Shown here one piece after another: positions 13,044-24,425 of a stretch of DNA of 60,000 nt. The position numbers were made by a program, and so were the translations under genes. The stretch lies in assembly GCA_030390025.1 (NCBI GenBank), contig CM059432.1, positions 55,802,001-55,862,000 on the forward strand. The letters are read 5' to 3'. The stretch's first letter is position 1; each line of letters opens with the position of its first letter. This stretch comes from Squalus acanthias. Lineage: Eukaryota. The notes below the pieces were generated by a model. The model worked only from the letters and a program-made list of their open reading frames with translations, searched no databases and was not told where the DNA came from.

Positions 13044-14440
13044 CTTAGGCAGTCCCTCGGAACCGAAGATGACTTGCTTCCACATTAAAAATGAGTTCTC
13101 AGGTGACTGATGAGTCCAATGCAGGACCTACAGTCTCTGTCACAGGTGGGTCAGACGGTGGTTGAAGGGGCAGGTGGGTGGGGTGCTTGGGCTGACGTGC
13201 GCTCTTTCCGCTGTTTGCGCTTGGCTTCCGCTTGCTCCCAGCGAAGAGACTCGAGGTATTCGGCGCCTTCCCGGATGCTTCTCCTCCACTTTGTACGGTC
13301 TTGGGCCAGGGATTCCCAGGTGTCGGTGGGGATGTTGCACTTTTTCAAAGAGGCTTTGAGGGTGTCCTTGAAGCGTTTCCTCTGCCCACCTGGGGCTCTC
13401 TTGCCGTGTCGGAGCTCCGAGTAGAGCGCTTGTTTTGGGAGTCTCGTATCGGGCATGTGGACGATGTGACCCATCCATCGGAGCTGATCGTGCGTGGTCA
13501 AAGCTTCGATGCTGGGGATGTTGGCCTGAGCGAGAACACTGACGTTGGTGCGCCTATCCTGCCAATGGATTTGCAGGATCTTGCGGAGGCAGCGTTGGTG
13601 GTACCTCTCCAGTGCTTTGAGGTGCCTGCTGTACATGGTCCATGTCTCTGAGGCATACAGGAGGGCGGGTATTACTACTGCTCTGTAGACCATGAGCTTG
13701 GTGCCGGGTTTGAGGTCCTGGTCTTCAAACACTCTCTTCCTCAGGTGACCGAAGGCTGCACTGGCACACTGAAGGCGGTGTTGGACTTCGTCATCGACAT
13801 CTGCCTTTGTTGACAGTAGGCTCCCGAGGTATGGAAAGTGGTCCACGTTGTCCAAGGCCTTGTCATGGATTTTGATAATAGGGGGGCAGTACTGTGTGGT
13901 GGGGGCAGGTTGGTAGAGGTCATTTGTCTTACGGGTGTTTAGTGTAAGGCCCATGCTCTCGTACGCTTCGGTGAAGGTGTAAACGATGGTTTGGAGTTCG
14001 ACCTCCGAGTGTGCGCAGACGCAAGCGTCATCTGCATACTGTAATTCGACGACAGAGGAAGGGATGACCTTGGATCTAGACTGGAGGCGATGGAGGTTGA
14101 ACAGTTTCCCATTTGTTCTGTAAATTAGCTCCACTCCAGCGGGGAGCTTACTGAGGGTGAGATGGAGCATTGCCGCAAGGAAGATCGAGAAGAGCGTTGG
14201 TGCGATGACACAGCCTTGCTTGACCCCGGTCCGTACGTGAATTGGGTCTGTGGTGGAACTGTTGGTCAGGATCACGGCTTTCATGTCGTCGTGAAGCAGG
14301 TGGAGGATGGTGACAAACTTTTGAGGGCAGCCGAACTTGAGGAGGACACTCCATAATCCCTCATGGTTGACAGTGTCAAAGGCCTTTGTGAGGTCAAAGA
14401 AGGCCATGTACAGCGGTTGGTGCTGTTCCCTGCATTCTGG
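13044..14440 (-). mobile_element. RTE-clade LINE, 5'-truncated, with ~32-bp target-site duplication
   Basis: ORF 13151-14461 with FDLTKAFD, GVKQGCVIAPTLF, YADD and RLPKQALYSEL. Direct repeat at 13012-13043 and 14441-14472. Confidence 0.92.
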
Positions 14441-17400
14441 TGGTGGGATTCTGAGGACCAAAGTGAGGTAGTATCAAGGGCACCGATGCTGATGTAATAG
14501 ATGGCAGTTGAACTTGAGATGGCAGAAGTGATCTGTTAGTGGTGAGAGAGGTTGTTCCATTGAGGTGACACTGGATAGAGAATTTTATCCAAACACTTGC
14601 AACCGGCATAAAGCTCAATCTGTCTTCCAAATGCAGTAAGCAACAACTTCTGAGCTTGGAAAGTGAACAGATGTGAGATGGGAGCTTTTACAGCACATTT
14701 GCAGCTGTCAAGTAATGAGATGATCCCATGGTCATTCAACTCCCGACCTCCTTACCTGATGTGATCCCCAGCAGCGTGGACCCTGTGGGCGACCTCGCAA
14801 AATGGTAAGGTGAGCTCAAAATACTTTTTAATAGGCTGTTAACAAGGTCATAATGACCTGATTTGCCTTCCCCGCCGCTGCGTGTCGGGTCTGTTCAGCC
14901 CTGACAGACCCGACATCTGGGAAAGTCGAGTGGAGAAGGGTTGACAGCGGGTTCCCGACCCGCTGTCAAAAATAAATTTTTCCCACCTGACCTGCCACCA
15001 AACGCGCCCGCTGACCCCCCGGAAAAATTCCTCCCCATGTCTCAGGTCGAGATGCTGCCTGACCTGCTGAGTATTTTATGCTGTCATTTCAGATTTACAA
15101 CAGAGGAAAGAGGAAGACGCAGAAGAGGTGATGCACACTGATTAATGCAGAAGTGGAAGATGCAGAAGAGGACGAAACAGAAGAGGAAGAAACAGAAGAG
15201 GAAGAAGCCGGAAAGGAGGAAGCAGAAGAGGAGGAAGCAGAAGTAAGAATGCAACCTAGAGAGCCCCTTTCTGGCCGGGACATCTGGGATTCAATCATCT
15301 GCCTGAGGTACCAGTGATCACAACCCCAATTCCCCTTTCAACATTTGTCCCACACCTTACCTTCCCTCTGTTACTGACCATCACAGCGTCCTCTTGGCCA
15401 TAATGCAGACATAAAAGTCATCACAAAGCAAACTTTCCAATCCAACTTTACACATCTATCCATCAAATATGACATCAAAAAATCAACTCATCACCTTTAA
15501 GCATTCTCTTAGTGACTGTCTTGTGTGTGCCTTTGCCTGTCCTCGTGCTCCTACATAGTGCTACCACTGTGGCTGAAGTATGACTGGTGGAAGGCTGCTG
15601 ACTTTCAATGGGGGACACTGCAAATGGCCTTGCTGCTCGACCTTGAGGAGCTGGTGGCTGGGAGTGTGAAATCGAGTGACTGTATTTATTCTTCTTCTTC
15701 ACTCTCCTCTTCCTCTTCTTGATTAACCACTGGCTGGTCAGGCTGCATTTCTTGGGTGTGTGAAATGAGGAAGGCACAAGGGTGGAGTTGTGGAGAAGGG
15801 AGGGCGGGAAAGCAAGAGGTCCATGCAAGAAGGAGGATAACATATTAGGATACAAGCATCTTGTTTCCTTTCAGCCCTGCCGCTGGCCAAAGGCTCAGTC
15901 ATGCCCCTGCCAAGAATGGCCAGCACCATCTCCTCCAAGGGGGTGAGGTGAGGCTAGGAATGGGAGGTGTGCCTCGTGATTGGTACAGATTGTTGGCAGG
16001 TGAGTGATGGGGGGGGGGGGAGGGGAGACGTGCATTGAGAAGTGTATGAGGCTAGTGATTCAGTTGGCAGGAGACGGCTTTTGAAGATGCATTCACTGAC
16101 CTTGACCAGTGATCTGAGGTCATGAAGCTTCTTTGGGCACTGAAGCCAGGTGATGCTGGGAGTGACGGCCTCGGTGATGTGGTCCCACATCGTTCTTTCT
16201 GGAGGGCCTCCTGGCCCCTGTGGGTAGAGGACCTCTCTTGCAGTGTTGACCCCCTGCACAAAGCTGGAGTGCTGCATGCGAGACCCTGCGTGCCCCTTCC
16301 CTGGCTTGCTGAGCCATTTGTGTTCGTGCTGAAGCATTTTTCCCATTTTTTGAGGTGTGGAAGTGAATTCAGCTTTAAGAAGGCATTGCCCTTTTAATGC
16401 ATCGCCCTTTTAATTTCCCACAATGCCTACTGAACTAATTGCCTCGCTTCAAGAGGCTGTTGGAAGATGGAACGCCGCTTTTGGACGGCAAATTCGCTAC
16501 CGATGCCTGCACTAACACCACCAGGAGGGCGTTACACAGCATAAATTTTTCTTTCCTACCACCGTGGCCATTTTCAGCGGCCGTTAACCCAAGGCTGCGG
16601 TGACACCGAAAACCTTCATGGCAGCCAGGAATTTCGAGGCCAAAGGCTGTGGGCCTTTAAAAGGCAATCCAACTGCAGGTATGCCTGAGACCTCCATCCC
16701 ACAAATTTTTCATGGGCATGCTGAAGGCATCCAGCATTTCCATGGGTTGGAAAATGGTGTGTCTCTCTCCCCCGCCTCCTTTATTTTCTATGGTAATGAT
16801 GCTTCCACCTGCTCAGATTGGGAGATTCAGAGATGTACTCCAGGCCCAACTGGAAGATAGACTAAAATCAGTGGGAATTAAACAAAACTGATTTCCACCA
16901 TATTTCCTGACCTCTACTGTCCTGTTAGCATACCATATTGGGGCACTAAGATGACGACAATCAATCTTTATGTTTGCTTTCAAAATTCAACATTTATTTT
17001 TTAACTCAAATTAGGAGGAGGAAAGACATATTGTCTGCTTTGCTCTCTCTCTCACACTGGTGTCAGTAGTCAGAATGTTTACATTTTCTTACCACTAACA
17101 GAACTCAGCTAATAATCAGGTGATAATTAAAAGCTTTCTGTTTACTTTCAAAATTCAGCTCTTTTTTTGAATGTACTGAAGGATATGGAAACTCACACTG
17201 TGTTTCTCTTTCTCAATTTCTCTTTCAAGTTCATGCAGTATAATCAAACACCAAATAAAGCCACAAGTGTCTATTCACTTCAGTCTATCGTGTTTTTCTC
17301 TTTTACTTTCATACATAGACAGCCTCTGTTTAAAGATACACTCAAGATACATTTTACCTGAATTAAACTTCTGAAATTTGTACTGTAGCTTTTCTTCAAG

Positions 17401-18269
17401 TACTTCTGAAAACAACTAAATAGAGACTGAAAGAAACATTCTGTCATTTTGCTAACTTAATGCTACTGATGCATCTCAGGAAATTGCACACAGCACATGC
17501 TCAGAAAGCAGCACTTGCCTTCAGCTAAGAGAATCACTGCGCTGGATTTTGGGAGAGGCTGAAGACTTCAATTAAAAATGTTAATGAAGGAATTAAAAGA
17601 AACAAAAGCAATTCAATTGATAAATGTAACCATGTTGTGAAATACATGTATTTTTATTTTGTTTAAAACTTTATTGTGGACATTAGAAATTTGAGTTACT
17701 GAGGAAAAAAGGCAGCCGATTTTTTTTTTCAAAAATCTTTTTTCAGTTGGTTCATCAAAAACCGTGACAATGAAAGTTGACATATGGTTTTCTCATAATA
17801 AAATGTTGACAAAGGGTTTTTCCACGTTGACATAAGGATTTCCATCATAAAAGTGTTACATGGCAAATAATATTAATGTGTACAGGAAGCACACCATATG
17901 CGAGGTTTTTTAAGAATATAAAGATAGATAAATAATTGGAAAGTTTTGGGGGGAAAAATTAGGTCGCGCCCCGTTTGGGGCGCAAATTATCACCACTGAC
18001 TGGAAACTTCACTTTTACCGTCCCGGGAGGTGAGTGGAGCGCTAAATCAGGCGCTGCACACCTGTCTTAAGGCGCAAAGGCCGAGCAGTGAGGCGCTAAC
18101 TCAGCGCGCGAGCGCAGCGCAGGTGCTGCCAGTTAGCGAGGGAACACAGACACACTGGCGCCGGCCAGTTCTTAAAGGGAGGGGCCAACTTGCTCCCCAG
18201 CCACACCCTGCTCATTGCAGCCTTGAATCTCGGCCTGGAGAGACCTGTGAATCCATTTTGCAGCCAAGG

Positions 18270-20090
18270 ATGGAGAGGGTGAGAGAACGAGCTCAGCGCT
18301 TCACCGAGCGGGCCTTGGATGCTCTGGTTGGCGCGGTGGAACGCAGAAGATCTATACTCTTCCCTGAGAGTGGCAGGAGGCCTTTGCCACGCGAGTACAG
18401 AAGAGTGTGGAGGGAGGTGGCGCAGAGCATCTCCTCCAGGAGCATGGTGCCCAGGACCCATGTTCAATGCCGCAAAAAGTTCAACGACCTCACTCGGGTC
18501 GTCAGGGTGAGTGGCTTTTTCTCAATACCTCTCTATCCCTCCATCTCAACCTCACTCTATGACCAGAGGGTCTTAAAACCCCAATGCACAACACTCATCC
18601 AACACCTATGGCCCTTTCATGAAACACACACACACATTCCATACTTTGCATACAGTAAGGGCTATACACCTATGGGAGGCACATCAGGCAAGACCATGGC
18701 TGTATACAGTAAGGGCTATTCACCTATGGGAGGCACATCAGGCAAGACCATGGCTGTATTATTTATTCAGATGCTGTCCTTTTTCTTGCAGGCCAAGCTG
18801 GCGCATAATAGGAGACAGCAGCAACGGACAGGTGGAGGGCGGCCTCAGCTGCAACCCCTCAGCGATCTTGAGGAGCGCGTCCACAGGATTGTGGCAAGCC
18901 GGGTGATCGGTCCCGTCGCCACTGGAGACGCCGACCCCGTTCTGGACAGCAATGGTAAGGTCATCACCTTTTTGTCCTCTGTCCTTCCACTTGTCCCTCA
19001 CAACACCAGCCTTTGACACTTTCAATCCAACTTGCTAACTCGCTGCACTTATTCCTCCCTTACTGCCACCCTGTCCTCACGCTAAAGCCACTCTTGTACC
19101 TCCCTGCTTTCAGATGGTGATTCACCAGCTGAGGAGACGGGCCCTGAAGCTGCCAGTGGGAGTGAAGCTGCAGCCGAGGAGGAAGAGGAAGCCGGAGCAT
19201 CAGTGCCACCCTCTCCCGAGGAAGCCCATGCCCACACTGGGAACACGCCTTCCCTGGAGGGGAGCAGGGGGGAAGGGTCTGATGAGGGTGAAGCTCCAGG
19301 ACCCAGCGGGCTGCAGCAACGCCATGGGGGTAGGGAAGAACGGGGGCCTTCTCCCCAGAGGGAGAGTATGCCAGCGACTCCTACTGCAATGGACGCAGAG
19401 GAGGAGCGGCTGATCGCAGAAATGAACACCCAGGCGGTGGGCATGCACACTGAGCTCATGGGTGCAGTGGGAAGGGTGCCCGAATGCATTGAGTCACTGG
19501 CAAGGAGTGTGGAGCACTTCGCTGTAGCACAGGCGGATGCCACACTAAAGCTTAGTGCTGCAATTCAGTCACTGACTGCCGTGATCCCATCTCTGACTGC
19601 TCACATGCAGACTCAGATTGAGGCCACGCGAGCACTGATTGCTGCCAACCTCGATGGTTCGTTCACATGTCCCCGGGGCTCTCACCGCGCCGCAGCAGGC
19701 CAGCAATCTGTGCTCCAGCAGATTGCTCCGGATGCTGAAGTGCTGCCCCGTGGGAGTGCCAGTGTGTCGGTCGAGCAGGGAGTTGCTGTCCTCTCTCACG
19801 ATGACAGCATTCCTGCTGCCAACACTGTCACTTCTCCACTGCACTTGCCACCGCCTGTAGGACAGACTGCTGCCGCCCATGCAGAATTGGTGCAGTCTGC
19901 AGCCGGGCCCTCCAGGCCCAGAACTGGTCGAGGCCGTCCTTCAGGGGCATCTGCAGTGTCAGGGTCTGACAATCAGCAGCCTTCCACCAGCCTTGCTGCA
20001 GCCACTGAGGTCCCATTACGGAGGAGCAGTAGGGTTAGAAGGGGGGAAGTGCGCAAGGGAAGGAGATCACCCTCGAAGGGCAAAAAGTAG
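18270..20090 (+). CDS. Harbinger Myb/SANT-like protein, 3 exons (18270-18506, 18792-18954, 19114-20090), 458 aa
   Basis: GT-AG introns of phase 0 and 1 give an open 1377-nt frame. Motifs RAQRFTERALDALV, VWREVA, QCRKKFNDL and RTGGG, then an acidic linker, a helical region and a basic C-terminus. Confidence 0.88.
18651..18758. repeat. 54-bp tandem duplication in intron 1 of the Myb gene
   Basis: TACAGTAAGGGCTAT(A/T)CACCTATGGGAGGCACATCAGGCAAGACCATGGCTGTA twice, one mismatch. Confidence 0.95.
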
Positions 20091-20210
20091 GAGGTGTGAC
20101 AAAATGCTGGTCATTTTTTTATTAAAGGCCGAGGTTCGTGGTCCAACTTTTGTCCAGTGTTTTGGACATTATCTCCAGGTTGTGAGAACCAGTTATGTTA
20201 ATGACTGTTA

Positions 20211-23000
20211 GAACATAAGAACATAAGAAATAGGAGCAGGAGTAGGCCAATCGGCCCCTCGAGCCTGCTCCGCCATTCAATAAGATCATGGCTGATCTGA
20301 TCCTAACCGCCAATCTACTATCTATCACAGAACCATCTCCTGCATCTAACAGAATTGCACACACGAAATAGGAGCAGAATCAGGCTACACAGTCCCTGGG
20401 CCCGCTCCACTACCCACAGGGCCATGACCGATCCGAACCTAGACTCATGTCCAAATTCCTGCCCGCTCCCCGTAACCCTTAATGCCCTTTACTTCTAGGA
20501 AACTGTCTATTTCTGTTTTAAATTTAATTAATGTTGTAGCTTCTACAGCTTTTTGTGGCAGCATATTCCATGGACCTACCACCCTCTGAGTGAAGTAGTT
20601 CCTCCTCATCTCAGTTTTGAAAGAGCAGCCCCTTATTCTAAGACTATGTCCCCTAGTTCTCGTCTCACCCGTCATCGGGAACATCCTCCCCGCATCCACC
20701 CGATCCAACCCCTTCACAATCTTATATGTTTCAATAAGATCGCCTCTCATTCTTCTGAACTCCAATGAGTAGAGTCCCAATCTACCCAACCTCTCCTCAT
20801 ATGACCACCCCCTCATCCCCGGGATTAACCGAGTGAACCTTTTTTGCACTGCCTCGAGAGCAAGGATGTCTTTCCTTAAGTAAGGACACCAAAACTGTAT
20901 GCAGTATTCTAGGTGCGGTCTCACCAATACCTTGTACAACTGAAGCAATACCTCCCTATTTTTATATTCTATCCCCCTAGCAATGAAAGCCAACATTCCA
21001 TTTGCCTTCTTAATCACTTGCTGCACCTGCATACTAACCTTTTGAGTTTCGTGCACCAGGACCCCCAGATCCCTTTGCACTTCAGTACTCTCCAGTTTCT
21101 TGCCATTAAGATAATAAATTGCTCTAGGATTTTTCCTGCCAAAGTGCATCACCTCACACTTTCCAGTGTTGTATTCCATCTGCCAAATCTCTGCCCACTT
21201 ACTTAGCCTGTCTATGTCCCCTTGCAGGTTTTTTATGTCCTCTTCATTCACTACTTTCCCTCCCATCTTTGTATCATCTGCAAATTTTGATATGTTACAC
21301 TTGGTCCCTTCCTCCAAATCGTTAATATAGATTGTGAAGAGCTGGGGACCCAGCACTGACCCCTGTGGAACACCACTAGTTACTGATTGCCAGTCTGAGA
21401 ATGAACCATTTATCCCAACTCTTTGCTTTCTGTTAGATAGCCAATCCTCTATCCATGCCAGAATATTACCCCCAATCCCGTGATTTTTTACCTTAAGCAA
21501 TAATCTTTTGTGTGGCACCTTGTCAAATGCCTTTTGGAAGTCTAAATACACTACGTCCACTGGTTCCCCTTTATCCACTCTATATGTTACTTCCTCAAAG
21601 AACTCCAGCAAATTTGTCAAACATGACTTCCCCTTCGTAAAACCATGCTGACTTTGTCCTATTAAATTATGATTATCCAAATGTCCTGTTACTGTATCCT
21701 TAATAATGGACTCCAAAATTTTACCTACCACAGATGTTAGGCTAACCGGTCTATAGTTACCAGCCTTCTGTCTACTGCCCTTTTTAAATAAGGGTGTTAC
21801 ATTAGCAGTTTTCCAGTCTGCCGGGACCTTAGCGGAATCCAGGGAGTTTTGAAAAATTATTACCAATGCATCTACAATCCCTACCGCCACTTCCTTCAAG
21901 ATTCTAGGATGTAAGCCATCAGGTCCAGGTGATTTATCCGCCTTGAGTCCCATTATTTTACCGAGTACCACTTCCTTAGTGATTTTGATCGTGTTTAGCT
22001 CCTCTCCCCCTATAGCCCCCTGTTTGTCCAGTGTTGGGATATTCTTAGTGTTCTCTACTGTAAAGACTGATACAAAATATTCATTCAGTGTTTTTGCCAT
22101 CTCCATATTTCCCACCATTAATTTCCCGGTCTCATCCTCTAAGGGACCAACATTTACTTTAGCCACCCTTTTTCTTTTTATATAACTATAAAAACTCTTA
22201 CTATCTGTTTTTATATTTTTTGCTAATTTACTTTCATAATCTATCTTCCCTTTCTTAATCAATCTTTTTGTTATTTTTTGCTGCCTTTTAAAGTTTTCCC
22301 AATCCTCTGTCCTCCCACTAGATTTCGCTACCTTATATGCCCTTGTTTTTAGTCGAATACTATCCTTAATTTCTTTACTTAGCCACGGATGACTGTCCTT
22401 TCTTTTACACCCTTTTCTTTTCAGTGGAATATATTTTTTTTGGAAGTTGTAAAATAACTCCTTGAATGTACACCACTGATCATGTGTCGTCTTACCCTTT
22501 AATCTATTTTCCCAATCCACTCTACTCAATTCCGCTCGCATACCTTCATAGTCTCCTTTATTCAAGCTTAGCACGCTTGTTTGAGATCCAACCTTCTCAC
22601 CCTCTAATTGAATATGGAATTCAACCATGTTATGGTCACTCATTCCAAGGGGATCCTTTACTAGGACATTTTTAATTAATCCTGTCTCGTTACACAGGAC
22701 CAGATCTAAGGTTGCTTGCCCCCTGGTCGGTTCAGTTACATACTGCTCAAGAAACCCATCCCTAATACACTCAATGAACTCATCCTCAAGGCAGCCCTGC
22801 CCCATTTGATTTGTCCAATTAATATGATAGTTAAAATCCCCCATAATTATAGATGTTCCCTTATTACATGCCTCAACTATTTCCTGATTGATACTCCGTC
22901 CAATAGAGTTGCAACTGTTCGGAGGCCTATAGACTACGCCCACTAATGTTTTTTTCCCCTTATTATTCCTTATCTCCACCCAAACTGTTTCATTATCATG
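20211..23000 (-). mobile_element. Young CR1 LINE with open ORF2, 5'-truncated inside the APE domain
   Basis: ORF 20445-23111 has no stops. The CR1 part begins near ETVWVEIRN (~22995). FADD motif and repeat tail (AACATAAG on + strand) at 20211. Confidence 0.95.
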
Positions 23001-23195
23001 ATTTTTTGTGTTTATTTCTATGAGTTTGTCATGAGGAAATGACACACACAGAGTTTGTAAAATAAATAAGTTTTTGTATTCAAAATATACATGTTTGGTG
23101 TTTGGAATCATTGGTGCCTTGGCCGGCTTAGGGGTTGCGTGCTGGGTTCATTGATGTTGTTAGCAATGGCAGAAGCCATTTCCACAGCAGGGGCC

Positions 23196-24425
23196 CTAGA
23201 AGCGGCTTGCTATCAGCCGTTGACGGACGGCCCTTGCAGTTTCACCATTGTGGGCCGCCCTCCCGCCTTGGTGCTGCTGATGATCATCCTCCTCGTCCTC
23301 TTCCTCTTCTTCCTCCTCCTCCTCTGGTGGTGCTCCAAGGCCTGGTGGCATTGGCTGGGTCCTGACGATTGCCATGTTATGCAACATGCAGCACACAACT
23401 ACGAAGTTGGATACTCGCTCAGGCGAGTACTGCAGGGCTCCTCCAGAATGGTCGAGACAGCGGAACCGTTGCTTCAGCACGCCGATTGTGCGCTCAATGA
23501 TGTTCCTGGTAGCTTGATGGCTCTCGTTGTACCGCAGCTCAGCAGGGGTGTTGGGCGTACGGAGCGGTGTCATCAGCCAGGTGCTCAATGGATACTCCTT
23601 GTCCCCGAGAAGCCAACCAACTGGCTGATGTGGTGCCTCGAAAAGTTCTGCCACAGTAGTCTGGCGCAGGATGAAAGCATCGTGGCAGCTGCCAGGATAG
23701 TGGGCATTGACAGCGAGTATCAGCTGTCTGTGGTCACAGACCAACTGAACATTCAAGGAATGGAACCCCTTTCTGTTCCGGAAATCCTCGGCATTCTCAT
23801 GTGGAGCACGCAAAGCCACATGCGTGCAGTCAATGGCGCCCTGCACCATGGGGAAGCCCGCTATCCTCGCAAAGCCCAGAGCGCGGTCACGCTGCTTGTC
23901 TGGGGTCATGGGGAAAGAGATGAACTCTCGTCTCCTTTTAAAGAGGGCATTTGTGACCTGCCGGATGCAGCAATGCACCACGAACTGGGAGATATTGGCG
24001 AGGTCCCCAGCAGCAGCTTGAAATGAGCCAGTAGCATAGAAGTTGAGAGCCACTGTGACCTTCACTGCCACCGACAGAGACGTCCTGGACCTCAGTTGAG
24101 GCTGCAGATCTGGCTGCAGCAGGTGGCAGAGCTCAGTGACCACCTCCTTGCTGAATCGCAGCCTTCGCAAACACAGCTCCTCAGACATATGAATGTAGGA
24201 GAGCTGTTCACGATATACCCTGGGAGGGTAAGCTCTCCTGTACATACGCCTGTTGGCCCTCCTCCGTCTGGCCATCATTGCCACTCTCTCTCTGCGTCTC
24301 TGTGTCCTCCGATTCAGCTGGAGCAGGACGACGCCCCCATTCAGTGCAGCCCCCATAGTCTCTTTGCAAGCAAAGTTATGAAGGACAGCAACCAAAGTAC
24401 CAGCGAAGTTAGGATCAGTAGGCAA
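23196..24425 (-). CDS. Harbinger (HARBI1-like) DDE transposase; the actual start may be the ATG at 24356
   Basis: ALNFYATGSFQ, GAIDCTHV, NRKGFHSLNVQLVCD, YPGSCHDA, LGDKEYP, RNIIERTIGVLKQRFRCL, CCMLHN, acidic tail. No stops. Confidence 0.93.
   Translation of the reverse strand: MPTDPNFAGTLVAVLHNFACKETMGAALNGGVVLLQLNRRTQRRRERVAMMARRRRANRRMYRRAYPPRVYREQLSYIHMSEELCLRRLRFSKEVVTELCHLLQPDLQPQLRSRTSLSVAVKVTVALNFYATGSFQAAAGDLANISQFVVHCCIRQVTNALFKRRREFISFPMTPDKQRDRALGFARIAGFPMVQGAIDCTHVALRAPHENAEDFRNRKGFHSLNVQLVCDHRQLILAVNAHYPGSCHDAFILRQTTVAELFEAPHQPVGWLLGDKEYPLSTWLMTPLRTPNTPAELRYNESHQATRNIIERTIGVLKQRFRCLDHSGGALQYSPERVSNFVVVCCMLHNMAIVRTQPMPPGLGAPPEEEEEEEEEDEEDDHQQHQGGRAAHNGETARAVRQRLIASRF

Larger units (their letters stand above)
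11029..15035. mobile_element. Harbinger element nested in a Penelope terminal-repeat fragment
   Basis: CAT TSD (11026-11028, 15036-15038). Removing the element rejoins GAGTTCAT/GTCTCAGGTCGA, which matches the Penelope repeat at 41591. Myb exon on + (AAPRLSHDSL...; WLHIAEE...QWRKPFNDL) is split by a CR1. Confidence 0.75.
10490..16641. mobile_element. Old Harbinger element (outer shell of a nest)
   Basis: Degenerate TIRs GGGCTAAAATT / AATTTCGAGGCC with AAA on both flanks. Acidic transposase C-terminus on + at ~15100-15317. Myb remnants on - at 15500-16346 (WLQCPKKLHDL). Confidence 0.6.

Noticed and set aside
15100..15250. GAA/GAG-rich acidic repeat as a host exon
   Set aside because: Matches the acidic tail at the C-terminus of Harbinger transposases (compare 23196-23330).
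20445..23111. 888-aa ORF as an intact autonomous CR1 ORF2
   Set aside because: The first ~37 aa come from flanking Harbinger DNA; the N-terminal endonuclease motifs and ORF1 are missing.
23091..24026. 311-aa + strand ORF with a hydrophobic LLLLWW stretch
   Set aside because: Antisense shadow of the transposase; the hydrophobic run is the reverse of the Glu/Asp tract.
23196..24425. Domesticated host HARBI1 gene
   Set aside because: It lies inside TIRs with a TSD and a Myb partner, so it is a transposon gene; no gene symbol assigned.
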